Source: an uncultured Verrucomicrobiae bacterium (lineage in GTDB: Bacteria > Verrucomicrobiota > Verrucomicrobiia > Chthoniobacterales > UBA10450). From it: 64,000 nt of DNA. Of this stretch, positions 1-11,980 are shown piece by piece. The notes beneath the pieces were generated by a model. It made no database searches. It was not told the DNA's origin and worked only from the letters and a program-made list of their open reading frames with translations. Made by a program: the position numbers and the translations under genes. Numbering within the stretch: the stretch's first letter is position 1; each line of letters begins with the position of its first letter. The stretch spans positions 84,802 to 148,801 of the forward strand of contig CAWGEN010000012.1 in assembly GCA_963821615.1 (NCBI GenBank), given 5' to 3'.

Positions 1-675
1 ACGCTCGGGGATACGCCGCATTAGTTTGCGGAAGAAGTAGGCGGCAAGCACGAAGACGACGAGAAAACCGAGTTGCCGTCCGACGCGGTTCCAGTCGAGC
101 AGGATGAGCGCGAGCACGCCCCAGATGGCGATATCGTCGAGGCTGGCGTAACGCAGGATGCGCTGGCCGATGGGCTCGCGCAGGATGCGGAGCTTCTCCA
201 TGAAGAGGACGAGGATCGGCAGAGCGGTAACCGCGCAGGCCATGCCAATGCCGAGAATCAATTGCCAGGTGTGCCCCCTGGGTCCGATCCAGCCGCCACT
301 TATCGCTGACATCGCCATCGCCGCGGCGCAGCCAAACAAAAGCGGCACGCCCAGCGCCAACCCGGCGGTGACACCCGTCTCGCGCCGATTCCGCCATGCT
401 TTCTCGATGTCGAGTTCAATGCCCGCCACCCAGACGAATATCATCACCGCCCATTGGGCGATGCCATTCAACTGGCCTATGACCTGCGGATTGAAAACGA
501 ACTTGTAGTAGTCAGGAAAGGCCGCGCCCAGCACGCCCGGCCCGAGCAGGATGCCACCGATGATCTGCACCACGACCAGCGGCGCGTAATATTCAGTCCG
601 GAACAGACGCCATACCAGATACGGCACGGTGAAGATGATGATCATTGCGATCAGGAAAACTTCGGATGTGCTCAT
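1..675 (-). CDS. Cation:proton antiporter (CPA2/Kef-type Na+/H+ exchanger family), N-terminal part; gene runs off the left edge
   Basis: Hand translation of the minus strand from ATG 675-673 is stop-free to position 1 (MSTSEVFLIAMIIIFTVPYLVWRL...VQIIGGILLGPGVLG...GIELDIEKAW...). It contains several hydrophobic helices. It is absent from the ORF track because there is no stop in the window. Confidence 0.65.
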   Translation of the reverse strand, partial: MSTSEVFLIAMIIIFTVPYLVWRLFRTEYYAPLVVVQIIGGILLGPGVLGAAFPDYYKFVFNPQVIGQLNGIAQWAVMIFVWVAGIELDIEKAWRNRRETGVTAGLALGVPLLFGCAAAMAMSAISGGWIGPRGHTWQLILGIGMACAVTALPILVLFMEKLRILREPIGQRILRYASLDDIAIWGVLALILLDWNRVGRQLGFLVVFVLAAYFFRKLMRRIPER

Positions 676-862
676 GATAGTTAGGCAGACTGATTTTGTC
701 CGGGCCGCAAGCAGCCGATTGGCTGCGATTTCGGAGGACCTCGTGGCTTTTCAGTCCTGCGTCAAATCAGGAGAGCCAGGCGTCGCTCTCACCAGCAACT
801 ATAGCTGCGCTACGGGAAATTAACCGCCGAGGACGGAGATGAGTGGTTCGCAAGCACGCAGG

Positions 863-1575
863 CTACAATCCTTTCTCGTAGCGTCGCATCAGCTTGAAGA
901 AACGAATCGTGTCGCGCACCGGATGGATGCTGCTCACTTCATCGGAGTAAATGGTGCTGATCGGCACCGAGGCGATGCGGAACCCCTGCGCGGCTGGCAA
1001 TGATGAGCATCTCGGTCTCGTATTCGAAGCGGCTCGTGCCATCGAGCAGGTGCGGGGCGAGTGCGCGCTGGACCATGCGATAACCGCATTGCGTATCGGG
1101 CACGTCCTGACCGCAGAGCCGGCTGATGCGGCGGCTCATGTAGCGATTGACCTTCCGCCTAACGAACGGCATCTCGCGCACGTCGTTCATCCGCGTGCCG
1201 ACGAAGAGACCGGCCTCGGTCGCGGTCGCGGCGGCGAGAAAGCGGCCGATCTCTTCCGGCAAATGCTGGCCGTCGGCATCGAGCAGGACGATGAACTCGA
1301 TCTCTGCGACGCGCCAGCCAGTGGCGCAGGCCGGTCTTGATCGATTCCCCTTTCCCGACATTCACCGGGTGCACGATGACTTCCGCGCCGCCTTCGCGCG
1401 CGCGGGCCGCGGTCGCGTCGGTCGAGCCGTCGTCAACCACGAGGACGTGATCGAGTTGCGCGCGGGTCCGCTCGGCCACGCGGCGGACGTGCGCTTCCTC
1501 GTGATAGGCCGGGATGACGGCGGCGACGTTGCTGCGATCGAGCGGCCGGCCTGGTTGCGGGGCCGCGCGCTCCAT
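863..1575 (-). CDS. Family 2 glycosyltransferase (dolichyl-phosphate mannose synthase-like); needs about 2 frame corrections
   Basis: Joined from ORFs 1159..1713 and 939..1361: VIPAYHEE...[10 protein letters not shown]...LLDADGQH...DTQCGYRM. Removing one C from the run at 983-986 restores a C-terminus ending at TAG 863-865. Confidence 0.7.
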
Positions 1576-1577
1576 CG

Positions 1578-2468
1578 TTAGCGGACGACCGGATGAAAAT
1601 CCGCCGCGTGATAGGAGCTGCGGACGAGCGGCCCGGAGGCGACGTGCGCGAAGCCTTTCCGGCGCGCGATCTCGCCGTAGAGATCGAACTGCTCCGGGCG
1701 TGATGTAACTCACGACCGGCAGGTGCGTTCGGCGTCGGGCGGAGATACTGGCCCAACGTCAACACCTGGCAGCCGACTTCGCGCAGGTCGTCCATCGTCT
1801 GGAAAAGTTCCGGCTCCGTTTCGCCCAGGCCGAGCATGACACCGCTCTTCGTCACGACACTCGGGTGAGAGTTCTTTCGCGCGGCGCAGGACCTGGAGCG
1901 AGGTGCGGTATTTCGCGCGCGAACGAACGGCGGGCGTGAGGCGCTCGACCGTTTCCAGGTTGTGATTGAAAATCTCCGGCGCGGCGTCGAGCACGAGCTG
2001 GATGCACCAATCCTGGGCGTGAAAATCCGGGACGAGCACTTCGATGACGATCGAGGGATCCATCTCGCGAATGGCGCGAATGGTGCGCGCAAAATGTTCC
2101 GCGCCGCCGTCTTTCAAGTCATCGCGCGCGACCGCGGTGATGACGACGTGCTTGAGCTTCAGCCGCCGGACGGCTTCGGCGACGCGCTGCGGTTCATCTT
2201 CCTCGAGCGCGAAAGGCTTCGCCGTGCTCACCGCGCAAAATCCGCAGGCGCGGGTGCAGCGTTCGCCCGCGATCATCATGGTCGCGGTGCCCTGGCTCCA
2301 GCATTCCCAGCGATTCGGGCATTGCGCGCTTTCGCAGACGGTGTGCAGGCGCAGATCGGAGATGAGCGCCTTGGTCGAGAAAAAGACGGGATTCGATGGC
2401 AGCCGCACTTTGATCCAGGGCGGCTTCTGCGCCTGGTGCAATGCGGGATCGATCTTGGCGCAGGACAT
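1578..2468 (-). CDS. lipA: Lipoyl synthase; needs at least 3 frame corrections
   Basis: ORFs 1710..2468 and 1433..2092 carry [13 protein letters not shown] and [12 protein letters not shown] (radical-SAM and auxiliary Fe-S motifs) and GLGETEPEL. The hand-restored C-terminus is [11 protein letters not shown], ending at TAA 1578-1580. Confidence 0.85.
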
Positions 2469-2783
2469 TTGTCGGCGAAAAGTAGTTCAGCGTTCGACGC
2501 GTTGAAAAGCTAAAGCATTCGTAGAACTTAACGGCGCTTCAGGCTTAACTATTCATCGCTGTTCAACAGCATTCTCAGGCATCCGCAGTGCTTGGTCACG
2601 CAAAAGCTCTCGCATGGCACCTTCGCTCATCTCGAAATTGCGACTCTTCGCTGAACACCAATAGATCATGCGGGGCGGCAGGCTCAAGAGCAGCGAGCCG
2701 CGATTTCTCGTGAAGCGGACTGCCTCCTGCTTCGGTCTCGACTCGCGCAGCCGGCGCGCAAACGATCTGGAACACTCAATCCG

Positions 2784-5075
2784 GTGACTGGTTCCAGACG
2801 CGTCAATTGGTCCGACGGCGTCCCAGACTCGGCGACCGACGCGCAGATCAATAACGGCGGGACGCCCCAGATCGATGCTGCTGCCGCCACGGCCAACAAT
2901 TTGACTCTTGGCTTTGACGCGGGCGACTTCGGGAACTTGATCGTCTCCGGCATCGGCAGTCTCCAAGTCACACGGGGACTCTCAGTAGGTTTGGCGGGAA
3001 ACGGCAGCCTAACGATTCAAGGCGGGGCGATCGTGACCGATGACACCGCCGTAATCGGCAGTTTTCCGGATACCTCGGCCGGAACTGTCGTGGTCGACGG
3101 AGCCGGCTCGACTTGGACGAACAATACCTCCCTCGAGCGTGGGCGGGTTCGGGATCGGGAGCCTGATGGTTCTCAACGGCGGCGCCGTGACAGGCGAAAG
3201 TTGCTACCATCTCTTACGGCACACATCTCTTCTTCGGGAGCGGGAGTGTGCTCGTGGACGGAGCCGGCTCGAGCTTGAGTTGCAATCAGGCTCTCGTGAT
3301 CGAGATCGGGGGCAGCTTGAGCGTGCAGAACGGAGGCGTAGTCGTAAGCGATAGCGCGTCTGTGGACGGCAGTGTCACTCTCGACGGTGCGGGTTCGACG
3401 TGGACGACGGGAATGGTCTTTATTGCGCCATCCGACCTACGGGAGTTTGACGATTCGCAACGGGGCAATCCTGACGAGCGACGATCTCGCCTACATCTCA
3501 GATGGACCTTTTCCCGGATCTGTCACGGTGGATGGACCAGGCTCCAGATGGGATCACGACTTCGACCAAGTGCAGCTCTACGTCGGGTTTGGTGATCTCG
3601 GCGTCCTCGACATTGCGAATGGCGGCGTGGTTTCCACCTTTGCCGCCGGCGTCGGTGCCGAGGGCGGCGAACGGACAACTGCTGGTCGACGGCTCGGACT
3701 CGGCGCTGAACGGTGCGCACGAATCTTTCCATCGGCGGCGGCGACTTCGGTGATGGACCCGTACCCGGTGGGAGTCGGCCTCGCGCAGATCAGCGAACGG
3801 CGGTGCAATCAACAGCGAGACGACAACGGTCTTCGGCCAGGGCACAATCGTCGACGACGGAACCCTGACGACCACGAGCCATTGCCGTTTCTCCCGGAGG
3901 ACTGCTCAGCGGAAATGGGAGTGTCTCGGGAGACGTCGATAGCGCCGGCTCAGATCGCGCCCGGCGATCCGTTAGGCACGCTCGCGATCGTCGGAAATCT
4001 CACGCAGGAGGCCGCCGGCAAGTTGGTCTTCGAAATCAGTGGCGCGAGCGCTGACGCTCAGGGTCACTTGAGCATCACGGGCGACGCGACGCTCGACGGG
4101 ACGGTGGAGGTTCGATTCACGGACGGATTTCTCCCGGTGCAAGGTCAGGTCTTTGAGCTCATCGATGTGTCGCGGTCGGTTTCCGGTTCGTTCGCGCAGG
4201 TGATTTTCCCGGATCTCCGCTCCGGGTTCCAGTTCAGCGCGCAGTTTGTTAACGGCCGACTATCAGATCACGGCCTTGAGCGATGGTGCGCCGGCCGCGG
4301 GCCTGCTGAACATCTCCACCCGAGGGCAGGTCGGTCGTGGATGACGACGCGCTCATCGCCGGGTTCATCGTGACCGGGACCACGGACAAACAGGTAATCA
4401 TCCGCGGCCTCGGACCTTCGCTCGCCGCCGGTGGAATTTCGCCCTCCGATCTCCTGGCCGATCCCACTCTCGAGCTGCGCGACCAGACCGGCGCGTTGAT
4501 CACTTTCAATGACAACTGGATGGACAGCCCGCAGCGGCAGGCCATCATCGACAGTATGCTCGCGCCGAGCGACGATCGCGAAGCGGCGATCCTGGCGACG
4601 CTGGCTCCGGGCAGTTACACCGCGATCTTGCGCGGGGCCGGCGGAGGCACTGGCCTCGGGATTGTCGAAGTCTACAACCTCGGCCCGGACCTCAGCAGCA
4701 GTCTGGCAAACATTTCGACGCGCGGCCTCGTGAACACTGGCGATCAGGTCCTGATCGGCGGGTTCATTGTCGATGACCAGAACTCGATCGTCCTTCTGCG
4801 CGGGCTGGGCGCTTCTCTCGACATCGGCAGGCGTGAGTGACGCGCTCGCCAATCCAACGCTGGAGCTTCACGACGGCAATGGAGACGTGATCGCGTTCAA
4901 TGATGACTGGCAGCAAAGCGACGAGGCAATCATCCAGAATACGGGGCTCGCACCGCAATTCAGTGAAGAATCGGCCATCCTCACCACGCTCGGTCCCGGA
5001 GCCTTCACCGCGATCCTGCGCGGGCTGGATGACAGCAGCGGCGTAGGGCTGTTCGAGGTCTACAATCTGCGCTGA
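2784..5075 (+). CDS. Large secreted beta-helix repeat protein (autotransporter-passenger-like repeats) with two tandem C-terminal modules of about 150 aa; start uncertain; at least 4 frame corrections
   Basis: ORFs 2784..3278, 3248..3595, 3372..4373, 4337..4840 and 4767..5075 chain together. Repeats of the form VDGAGSTWT...NGGxV recur. The C-terminal duplication is NISTRG...GFIV...LRGLGPSL...DPTLEL.D..G..I.FNDNW...EVYNL, present twice. Confidence 0.6.
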
Positions 5076-5234
5076 CGGCGTGACCACGCTGAGTCGTTAG
5101 GCAATCAGGCGCATTGTTTTCTCTGCTCTCCGACGCGGCGAAAAATTGTTACCTTCGGCGCGCCAATCTGCCTGCGATGGCGGGCGTAAACCGGGTTCCC
5201 TTCCGGCGTTCGGCGAAACCACACAATCAGACGC

Positions 5235-5814
5235 TTACAACTTCGTGCGACCGGAGAGAGCGCGGTAGAGCGTCAGCTCGTCGGCCGATTCCAGGCCGCC
5301 GCCGGCGGGTAGGCCGTGTGCGATGCGCGTCAGCGTGACCGGATATTTCTTCAACAGCTCGACGAGATAGTTGGTCGTCGCTTCCCCCTCCACATCGGCC
5401 GCGAGCGCGAAAATGATCTCGTTCGGGCGATTCCTTTTCCACCCGCTCGAGCAACGACGCGATCCGCAGATCCTCCGGCGCGACCCGATCGAGCGGCGAG
5501 ATGCGTCCGCCTAACGAATGGTAGCGGCCGCGAAAGGCACTCGTCTTTTCCAGCGGCAGAATGTCGGTCGGCTGCTCGACGACGCAGAGCAATTCCCGGG
5601 CGCGCGACTCGTCGGCGCAGATTTCACATAGGTCCGCGGTCGCGAAGAAACCGCACTGCACGCAGGGATGGATCGCGGCCCGCGTCTCCGTGATGGCGCG
5701 CGCGATGCCCTCCGGCTGCTGATCGCGCGCCTGCACCATCCAAAGCGCGATGCGCTCGGCCGAGCGCGGACCGACGCCCGGCATCTGGCGCAATTGCGTG
5801 ATCAGCTCGCGCAA
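5235..5814 (-). CDS. recR: Recombination protein RecR; 1 frame correction near 5440
   Basis: ORF 5227..5814 shows LPGVGPRSAERIA (HhH), a CxxC...CxxC zinc finger (CVQCGFFATADLCEIC), and YHSLGGRISPLD (Toprim). The restored tail EGEATTNYLVELLK...GLPAGGGLESADE ends at TAA 5235-5237. Confidence 0.85.
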
Positions 5815-5838
5815 GCGCGGCGGGATATTCGGTTCGTT

Positions 5839-7104
5839 TCAAAGCGGGACGAGCGGTTCCGCGACCGGCGCGGGCTCGGTCGCGGTCTGCTGACAGAGCG
5901 GCTCGAGCCGCCGCAAATACCATTCGAGAGGCTCGTCGGACGCGCCGTTTTCGGCCCGCACCCGGTTGAATTCCGCAAACGCTTCGTTCCAGCGGCGCTC
6001 GCGAAAGTAAACGATCGCGGTCCAGAATCGGTCACGCCGCGCGATTTCTTCCGCGGTCGCCTTTTCCGCGAGCGCGAGGAGTTCATAAACTTCGAGCCGA
6101 TCGTGCGCCTCGTGGCTGCGCAGGAAATCGATCGGGCGCGCGACAATCGCCTTCCCAGCCGCGCTGAAAGTGCGTGGGCCGAGCAGAATTTCTGAACCGT
6201 AGATTTGGTTGGCGCGCGCCAGGCGCCGCGCGACTTCGAACGGCTCGCCCGCGATCACGATCTCGCGGCGCCCTGCACTCCTCCCGCATGGCCGCGACCA
6301 CCATCCCGGAACTGATCCCGATGCGGAGATCGACTTTGCCTAACGAATCCGGCCGGGCGGCGGCCGCGGCGTGAAATTCCTCCCGAAAAGCGAGCGCGGC
6401 GCGAGCCGCTTCGGAGGCGTGCTGCGGACTGCTCGTTCGGAAAGCCGAAAAGAACGCGGATGCCTTCGCCATCGGCCGCCTGCAGATAGCCGCCATCCTG
6501 CAGGAAACGCTTCCTCGCGCAGTCGATGAATTCGCGGGTCAATTGCGCGCAGGCCGCGGGCGGCAGGTCGTCGATCAGCTCCGCTTCATTGGCGATCTCG
6601 CAATAGACGAAGCTGGCTTCGCGCGCACTCGGCTCGAACAGGTTGAGCGGCTCGCTTTCCGTCAGGCGATCGATGCCGGCTTGCGCGAGACGGCCGGCAA
6701 AAGCCTGTGCGGTCGCCCGGCGCTGCCGGCTCGACTCGCGTCGCGTTCAGGCCAAGCGCGAGGAGGGTCGCGCCGGTCGCGGCGAGAATGGCCGGCAACG
6801 GCGGGAAGGAAAGATGGGCCGCGTGCAGCACCCAGGCGGCGCCGAGCAGTTCCAGGATGAGCAGAACGAAGAGACCGGCCTGACGCGCGATGCCCGTCAC
6901 CTGCAACATCGTCCACGCCACCGCGAAACTGAGCAGAATGAGAAAGAAGAAATTGCCAAATCCGACGGTGTCGTTAGGCGAGAGACCGATGGCCCTGCCG
7001 AGAGCGGCGGCGGGGCGGACGAGCAGTCCGCTCATTTGCAGCGCGATGGCCAACCCGGCGGCGACCGCGCCAATCCAGAGTGTCCCGAGCAGCGCGCGCT
7101 TCAT
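5839..7104 (-). CDS. Membrane-anchored class III adenylate/guanylate cyclase; at least 3 frame corrections
   Basis: ORF 6586..7191 is a multi-TM N-terminus starting MKRALLGTLWIGAV. ORFs 6255..6542, 6083..6496 and 5839..6258 give the cyclase core (DGEGIRVLFGFPNE, LRIGISSGMVVAAM, GEPFEVARRLARANQIYGSEILL). Confidence 0.65.
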
Positions 7105-7162
7105 TCCGCCGGGCGATCGCCGCCCGGTCCGTAGGATTGCAGCACCAGCTCGACTCAAAAAT

Positions 7163-8697
7163 TTATCCGGCGCCTCGATCGCGGACTGCATCGAGCACGA
7201 AACTGTTCTTGCCCGTGTTCTTCTTGATCAAGCTGAGACCGAATTGGAAATCCTTGAAGAGATGGGCGCAGAGATCGCTCATCTTCATCCGTTCCGCGAC
7301 GGCGCGCTCGACCAGGCGGCGCAGCGCGGAGTCGTCGAACTGCAGCTCGACGCCGTGCTCGCCGCGAAAAGCGGTCGGAAAACATCCGGGCTTCGTTGCT
7401 TGAGCGTTTCTTTTTCGTGTTGCTGACCTTCCGCCATGAGGCGCTCGAGGACGCAGCTGCGGCTCGCGGACCAGCTCTTCTGTGACGCGCAGTTGGGTGA
7501 GACCGGAGCCGGCGAGGTGATATTTGTAATCGCGGAACAATTTCTCCCAGACCGTGAGCAGGCCGCGCGCGCCGGTTTTTTCCAAGGCCGCCGCACTCGC
7601 AATGAGGAGCAACGCTTCGTCCTCGAAACTGACCTCGATGCCGTAAGCACGGAAGGCGCGTTCGTATTGCCGCAGGATGCTGCCCTCGGAATACTTCATG
7701 ATTTTGTAGAGATCATCCGCGCTCAGCTCTTCGCAGACGACGCGGACCGGGAGCCGGCCGATGAACTCCGGTTCGAAACCGTATTCGATGAAATCCTGGG
7801 TGCCGACGTGCTGGAAAATTTCGTTGTCGAGAACCCTGACGGTCTCCGCCTTGAAACCAATCTGGCCCTGCGCGAGACGGCGTGAGACCTGCGTCTTCAA
7901 GCGCTCAAAGGCGCCGCTGACAACAAACAAGATGTGGCGGGTGCTGATTGTTTCGCGTTTCGTTTTGCCGCGCTTCTGGAATTCGAAGGCGGCCTGGAGC
8001 TGCCCTTGCAAATCGTTCGCGCTCCGCAGCGGCACCTCGGTTTCTTCCATTAACTTGAGCAGCGTGGTCTGGACGCCGCGCCCGCTGACGTCACGGCCGA
8101 CCATGTTGGAAGCCGAAGCCAGTTTGTCGACTTCGTCGATGTAGATGATGCCGAACTGGGCGAGCGCGACGTCGCCGTCGGCTTTCTGGACCAGTTCCCG
8201 AACGAGATCCTCGACATCGCCGCCGACGTAACCGGTCTCGCTGAACTTGGTCGCGTCGGCTTTGACGAACGGGCACTTTGATCAGCTCCGCGATGTGCTT
8301 GATGAGGTAGGTTTTTCCGACACCGGTCGGACCGACGAGGATGACGTTTTGTTTCGCGTATTCGGTTTCCTCGGCGCGGACGGCGTCTTCGCTCTTCAGC
8401 TGGCGGAGATAATTGACGTGGTTGTAGTGATCGCAGACCGCGATCGAGAGAACTTTCTTCGCTTCGTCCTGTTTGATGACGAAACGATCGAGGTGCGCTT
8501 TGATGTCGCGCGGCAGAAAATCGAAGACGAAATGGTCGCCGCTCTGGCTGGACCGGTTTTTCGTCGTCGCCGTCTTCCGCGCGCTCGGGCTGGGCGAAAG
8601 TGGCGAAGGAAACTTTGTCGCCGAAGTTCGATTTCATGAACTCGGAAAGCTTGGCCTGCAATTCTTCAGGTGTGGGAAATGGCGGGTTTTGATTCAT
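7163..8697 (-). CDS. ClpX-family AAA+ ATPase paralog without an N-terminal zinc finger, with a C-terminal extension; at least 3 frame corrections
   Basis: Hand-joined frames give VILVGPTGVGKTYLIKHIAELIKVPFVKADATKFSETGYVGGDVEDLV, IIYIDEVDKL and GRDVSGRGVQTTLLKLMEETEV. The start MNQNPPFPTPEEL (ATG 8697-8695) has no CxxC pairs. Confidence 0.75.
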
Positions 8698-8905
8698 GGA
8701 GTAAAGGCGCGGCGCGAAAGGCACGCGCTGCGGAGGAACTTATCATCCTCGTTCGCCATGTAAAATTTCGCGTCGCAGTTGTCCTGCAGACGCGCAGAGA
8801 CGGCGTTGCATCTTGCATTTAGGGCGCAACTGTGCTCAGTGGAATGCCGCTTTGGCAGGCCGGTCGCGCGCGACGCGCCCCGCTGCCGCGCACACTTATT
8901 TCATC

Positions 8906-9221
8906 ATGCTTATTTATTCTTCTCGCTCAGGCCCAACCGGCAGCACCAGCCGGTGCCGGCTCCAATCCGCTCGCTTCGTTCATCCCCATCATTCTGATCT
9001 TTGTCATTATGTATTTCGTTCTTTTCCGGCCACAGATGCGGCGCCAAAAGGAACAGCAGCGTCTGGTCTCCGCGCTCAAAACGGGCGACCGCGTCGTGAC
9101 CTCCGCCGGGATTCACGGAATGATCACCAACGTGAAAGACACGACCGTGACGGTGAAGGTGGCGGACAACGTGAAAATTGAGATGGAAAAATCCGCCGTC
9201 ACGAACGTCCTGAAAGAGTAA
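8906..9221 (+). CDS. yajC: Preprotein translocase subunit YajC; start uncertain, possible indel near 8915-8920
   Basis: ORF 8832..9221 contains FIPIILIFVIMYFVLFRPQMRRQKE...LKTGDRVVTSAGIHGMI. It lies immediately upstream of secDF. Confidence 0.8.
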
Positions 9222-11650
9222 ATGACTCCCGCGTTAACTTTCTTTATCGGGCTGGTTCTGCTCGTTCTCTTCGGGTGGTATTTCGCGACCGATCACGGCC
9301 CGCGGAAACGCCTCCTCGCCACCCTGCTCATGGTGCTGCTCGTCGTTTTCAGCATCGTGACGATCTGGCCGCCGAGCAAAAAGGTTCAACTCGGTCTCGA
9401 TATTCAGGGCGGCACTTCCTTCCTCATCCGGCTCGTGCCGGCCCAGGGCGACCGAGCCTTGACGAAAACCAATCTCGACCAGGCGGTCGAGGTCATTCGC
9501 AAGCGCGTCGATTATTTCGGCGGCGGCGAGCCAGTCATCAGCCCGGTCGGGACCGATCGGATCCTGGTGCAAATTCCCGGGCTGGATCCGGCCAAGATCA
9601 TCGAGGCGCGGCAGCAACTCTCGCGCGTCGCGAAGCTCGAGTTTCGACTCGTCTATCCGGATAACGGCGAGCGCTTGCGCGCAATCGATGCCGGGACGGA
9701 AGTCATCCCGCCGGAGTACCGGATCGAGACTTATAACATTCAGCAGGGCGAAGGACAGAAGCCGGTGCAGGAACGCTTGCTCGTAAAGAAGAAGGCCGAT
9801 CTTGGCGGCGACCGCGTGACCGAATCGAACGCCTACTATGGCAACGATGGTTGGACGGTGCAGCTGAAGTTCGACAGTGAAGGCGCAAAGAAATTCGGGC
9901 AGATCACCGAGGCGAATGTCGGGCATCGTTTCGCCATCGTGCTCGACGGCGTGATTCAATCCGCGCCCAGCATCCGGACCGCGATTTATGGCGGTGACGC
10001 GATCATCACTGGCCGTTTCCAGGAACAGGAAGCGCGCGGTCTGGCCAGCGTGCTCGAGAATCCGCTGCAGACGCCGGTCAGCGTCGAGGAAGAACGCAGC
10101 GTCTCGCCGACCCTCGGGCTCGACTCGATTCGGAGCAGCATTTTCGCCGGTCTCCTCGGCCTCGCGATCACGCTCGTGTTCGTGATGATCTACTACAAGT
10201 TCGCCGGTCTGATCGCGAATCTCGTGCTGATCGTGAACATCATCCTGCTGATGGGCGCGCTCACGATGTTCAACTTCGTCCTCACCCTGCCGGGCATCGC
10301 GGGCATCATCCTGACGATCGGTCTGGCGGTCGATGCGAGCGTGCTGATTTACGAGCGATTGCGGGAGGAACTTGCACTCGGCAAGTCGCTCAAGATCGCG
10401 CTCCAAACCGCCTACGAGAAAGCGTTCTCCTCCATTCTCGACGCCAACGTCACGACCCTGATCACGGCGGCGATTCTTTTCTGGAAAGCGAGCGGGCCGG
10501 TCAAGGGTTTCGCGATTTCGCTCACGCTCGGCATTCTGGCCTCGCTCTTCACGGCGCTGATTGTCGGGCGGAATCTTTTCGGCTGGTTTGTCGATACCGG
10601 GAAGGTGAAGCGCATTTCGATGCTCCACCTTATCTCGTCCAAGAACATCAACTTCCTCGGCAAAGGATTCCTCGCCGCGATGTTGTCGCTCGCTTTGTTG
10701 ATCGCGGGGGCGACGGCGTTCGTCATGCGCGGCGATCGCAATTTCGGCGTCGATTTCAAGGGCGGCGATCTGCTCTCACTGAGCGCGGCGAAAAGCGTGC
10801 AGGTCGTCGCAGATTCGCGAAGCACTGAAGCCGATTCATCTCGATAACGAACCGATTCAGCAATCGCTCGAAGGGAATCGCAACTTCATCACCATTCGCA
10901 GCTCCGATTAACACCAGCGAGCAGGTCGAAAAGCGCGATCAGGGAACACATCCCAATGGCGAATTCAAGGTGGAACGCGAGGAGCGCGTCGGCGCGCTCG
11001 TCGGCGGCGAGCTGGCGCGAAACTCCCTTTGGGCGCTCGGTCTCGGTATTTTCGGAATCCTGATTTACGTCACCTTCCGATTTGAGCTGTCCTTCGCAGT
11101 CGGCGCGATCGTCGCGCTGCTCCACGACGTTCTCATGACGGTGGGAGTCTTTTCACTCATGGGCCGGGAGTTGACCCTGACGATGGTGGGCGCGGTCCTC
11201 ACGATCGCCGGTTATTCGATCAACGACACGATCGTCGTCTACGATCGAATCCGCGAAGGCCTGGCCAGCGGACGGCGCGGTTCGATCGAGCAGATCATGA
11301 ACGAGAGCATCAACCAGACGCTCAGCCGCACCATTCTGACCAGCACGGTGACGTTGATCCCGATCCTCTGTCTGTTCTTCTTCGGCGGCGCGGTGCTGCG
11401 CGACTTCTCGCTCGCGATCATCATCGGCGTGGTGGTCGGAACCTATTCGTCGATCTTCATCGCTTCGCCGATCGTCCTCTGGTGGACGCGGGCGCGCGGC
11501 GGCAGCGCGAGCAGTTTGCGGCGGGAAGTGACCCAGAAAAGCGCCTGTCACTACACCCTCGTCGGCCTCCTAAACGCGCAGTTGACGCTGGGGGAACGGA
11601 GCCTTAGGATCGCTCGCCAGCCAGGGGTAGAATTTTTCATATTTAGATAA
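9222..11650 (+). CDS. secDF: Fused protein-export membrane protein SecDF; at least 2 frame corrections; 3' end uncertain
   Basis: ORF 9222..10847 is SecD plus the SecF N-terminus (ISSKNINFLGK...NFGVDFKGG). ORF 10970..11650 is the SecF core (GYSINDTIVVYDRIRE). There is no stop/start pair between the D and F parts. Confidence 0.85.
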
Positions 11651-11669
11651 GATCAGGAGAAAAAATCGC

Positions 11670-11867
11670 ATGCCAGAAGTGATCGTTCGAAAAGGTGAGC
11701 CGGTGGACCGGGCCTTGAAACGGCTGAAGAACAAGCTGGACGCGGAAGGGATTTTGGAAGAGGTGCGCCGTCTGCGCGCCTTCGAAACGCCTTCGCAGAA
11801 GACCCGTCGCAAGGCGAAAGCCAACGCGAAACGGGGCCGCGCCAAGTTCCGTTTTAATCCGTCGTAA
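11670..11867 (+). CDS. rpsU: 30S ribosomal protein S21
   Basis: Intact 65-aa ORF MPEVIVRKGEPVDRALKRLKNKL... Confidence 0.9.
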   Translation: MPEVIVRKGEPVDRALKRLKNKLDAEGILEEVRRLRAFETPSQKTRRKAKANAKRGRAKFRFNPS

Positions 11868-11889
11868 GCCATTCGCCGCCAATGATGTA

Positions 11890-11912
11890 GACGCCTCGCT
11901 CGGCGAGGCGTC
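11890..11912. terminator. Perfect 10-bp GC-rich hairpin between convergent genes (rpsU and the FGE-domain gene); no clear U-tract
   Basis: The sequence is GACGCCTCGC-tcg-GCGAGGCGTC. Confidence 0.45.
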
Positions 11913-11980
11913 AGGGCGTTATGAGCTTCGTCTCTGTTCTCGGACGAAGTCGACGCGCCAACGCGCTCTCGAGCGAACGT

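Noticed and set aside
9234-10628. Long antisense ORFs opposite real genes: 9234..10628, 14115..15665, 21511..22521, 39873..41000, 55407..56579, 58399..59490 and 59487..60875
   Set aside because: Each lies opposite a gene with clear family motifs (secD, Hsp70, ald, RND pump and others). Their translations are Arg/Asp/Gly-rich low-complexity sequence, typical of stop-poor antisense frames in GC-rich DNA.
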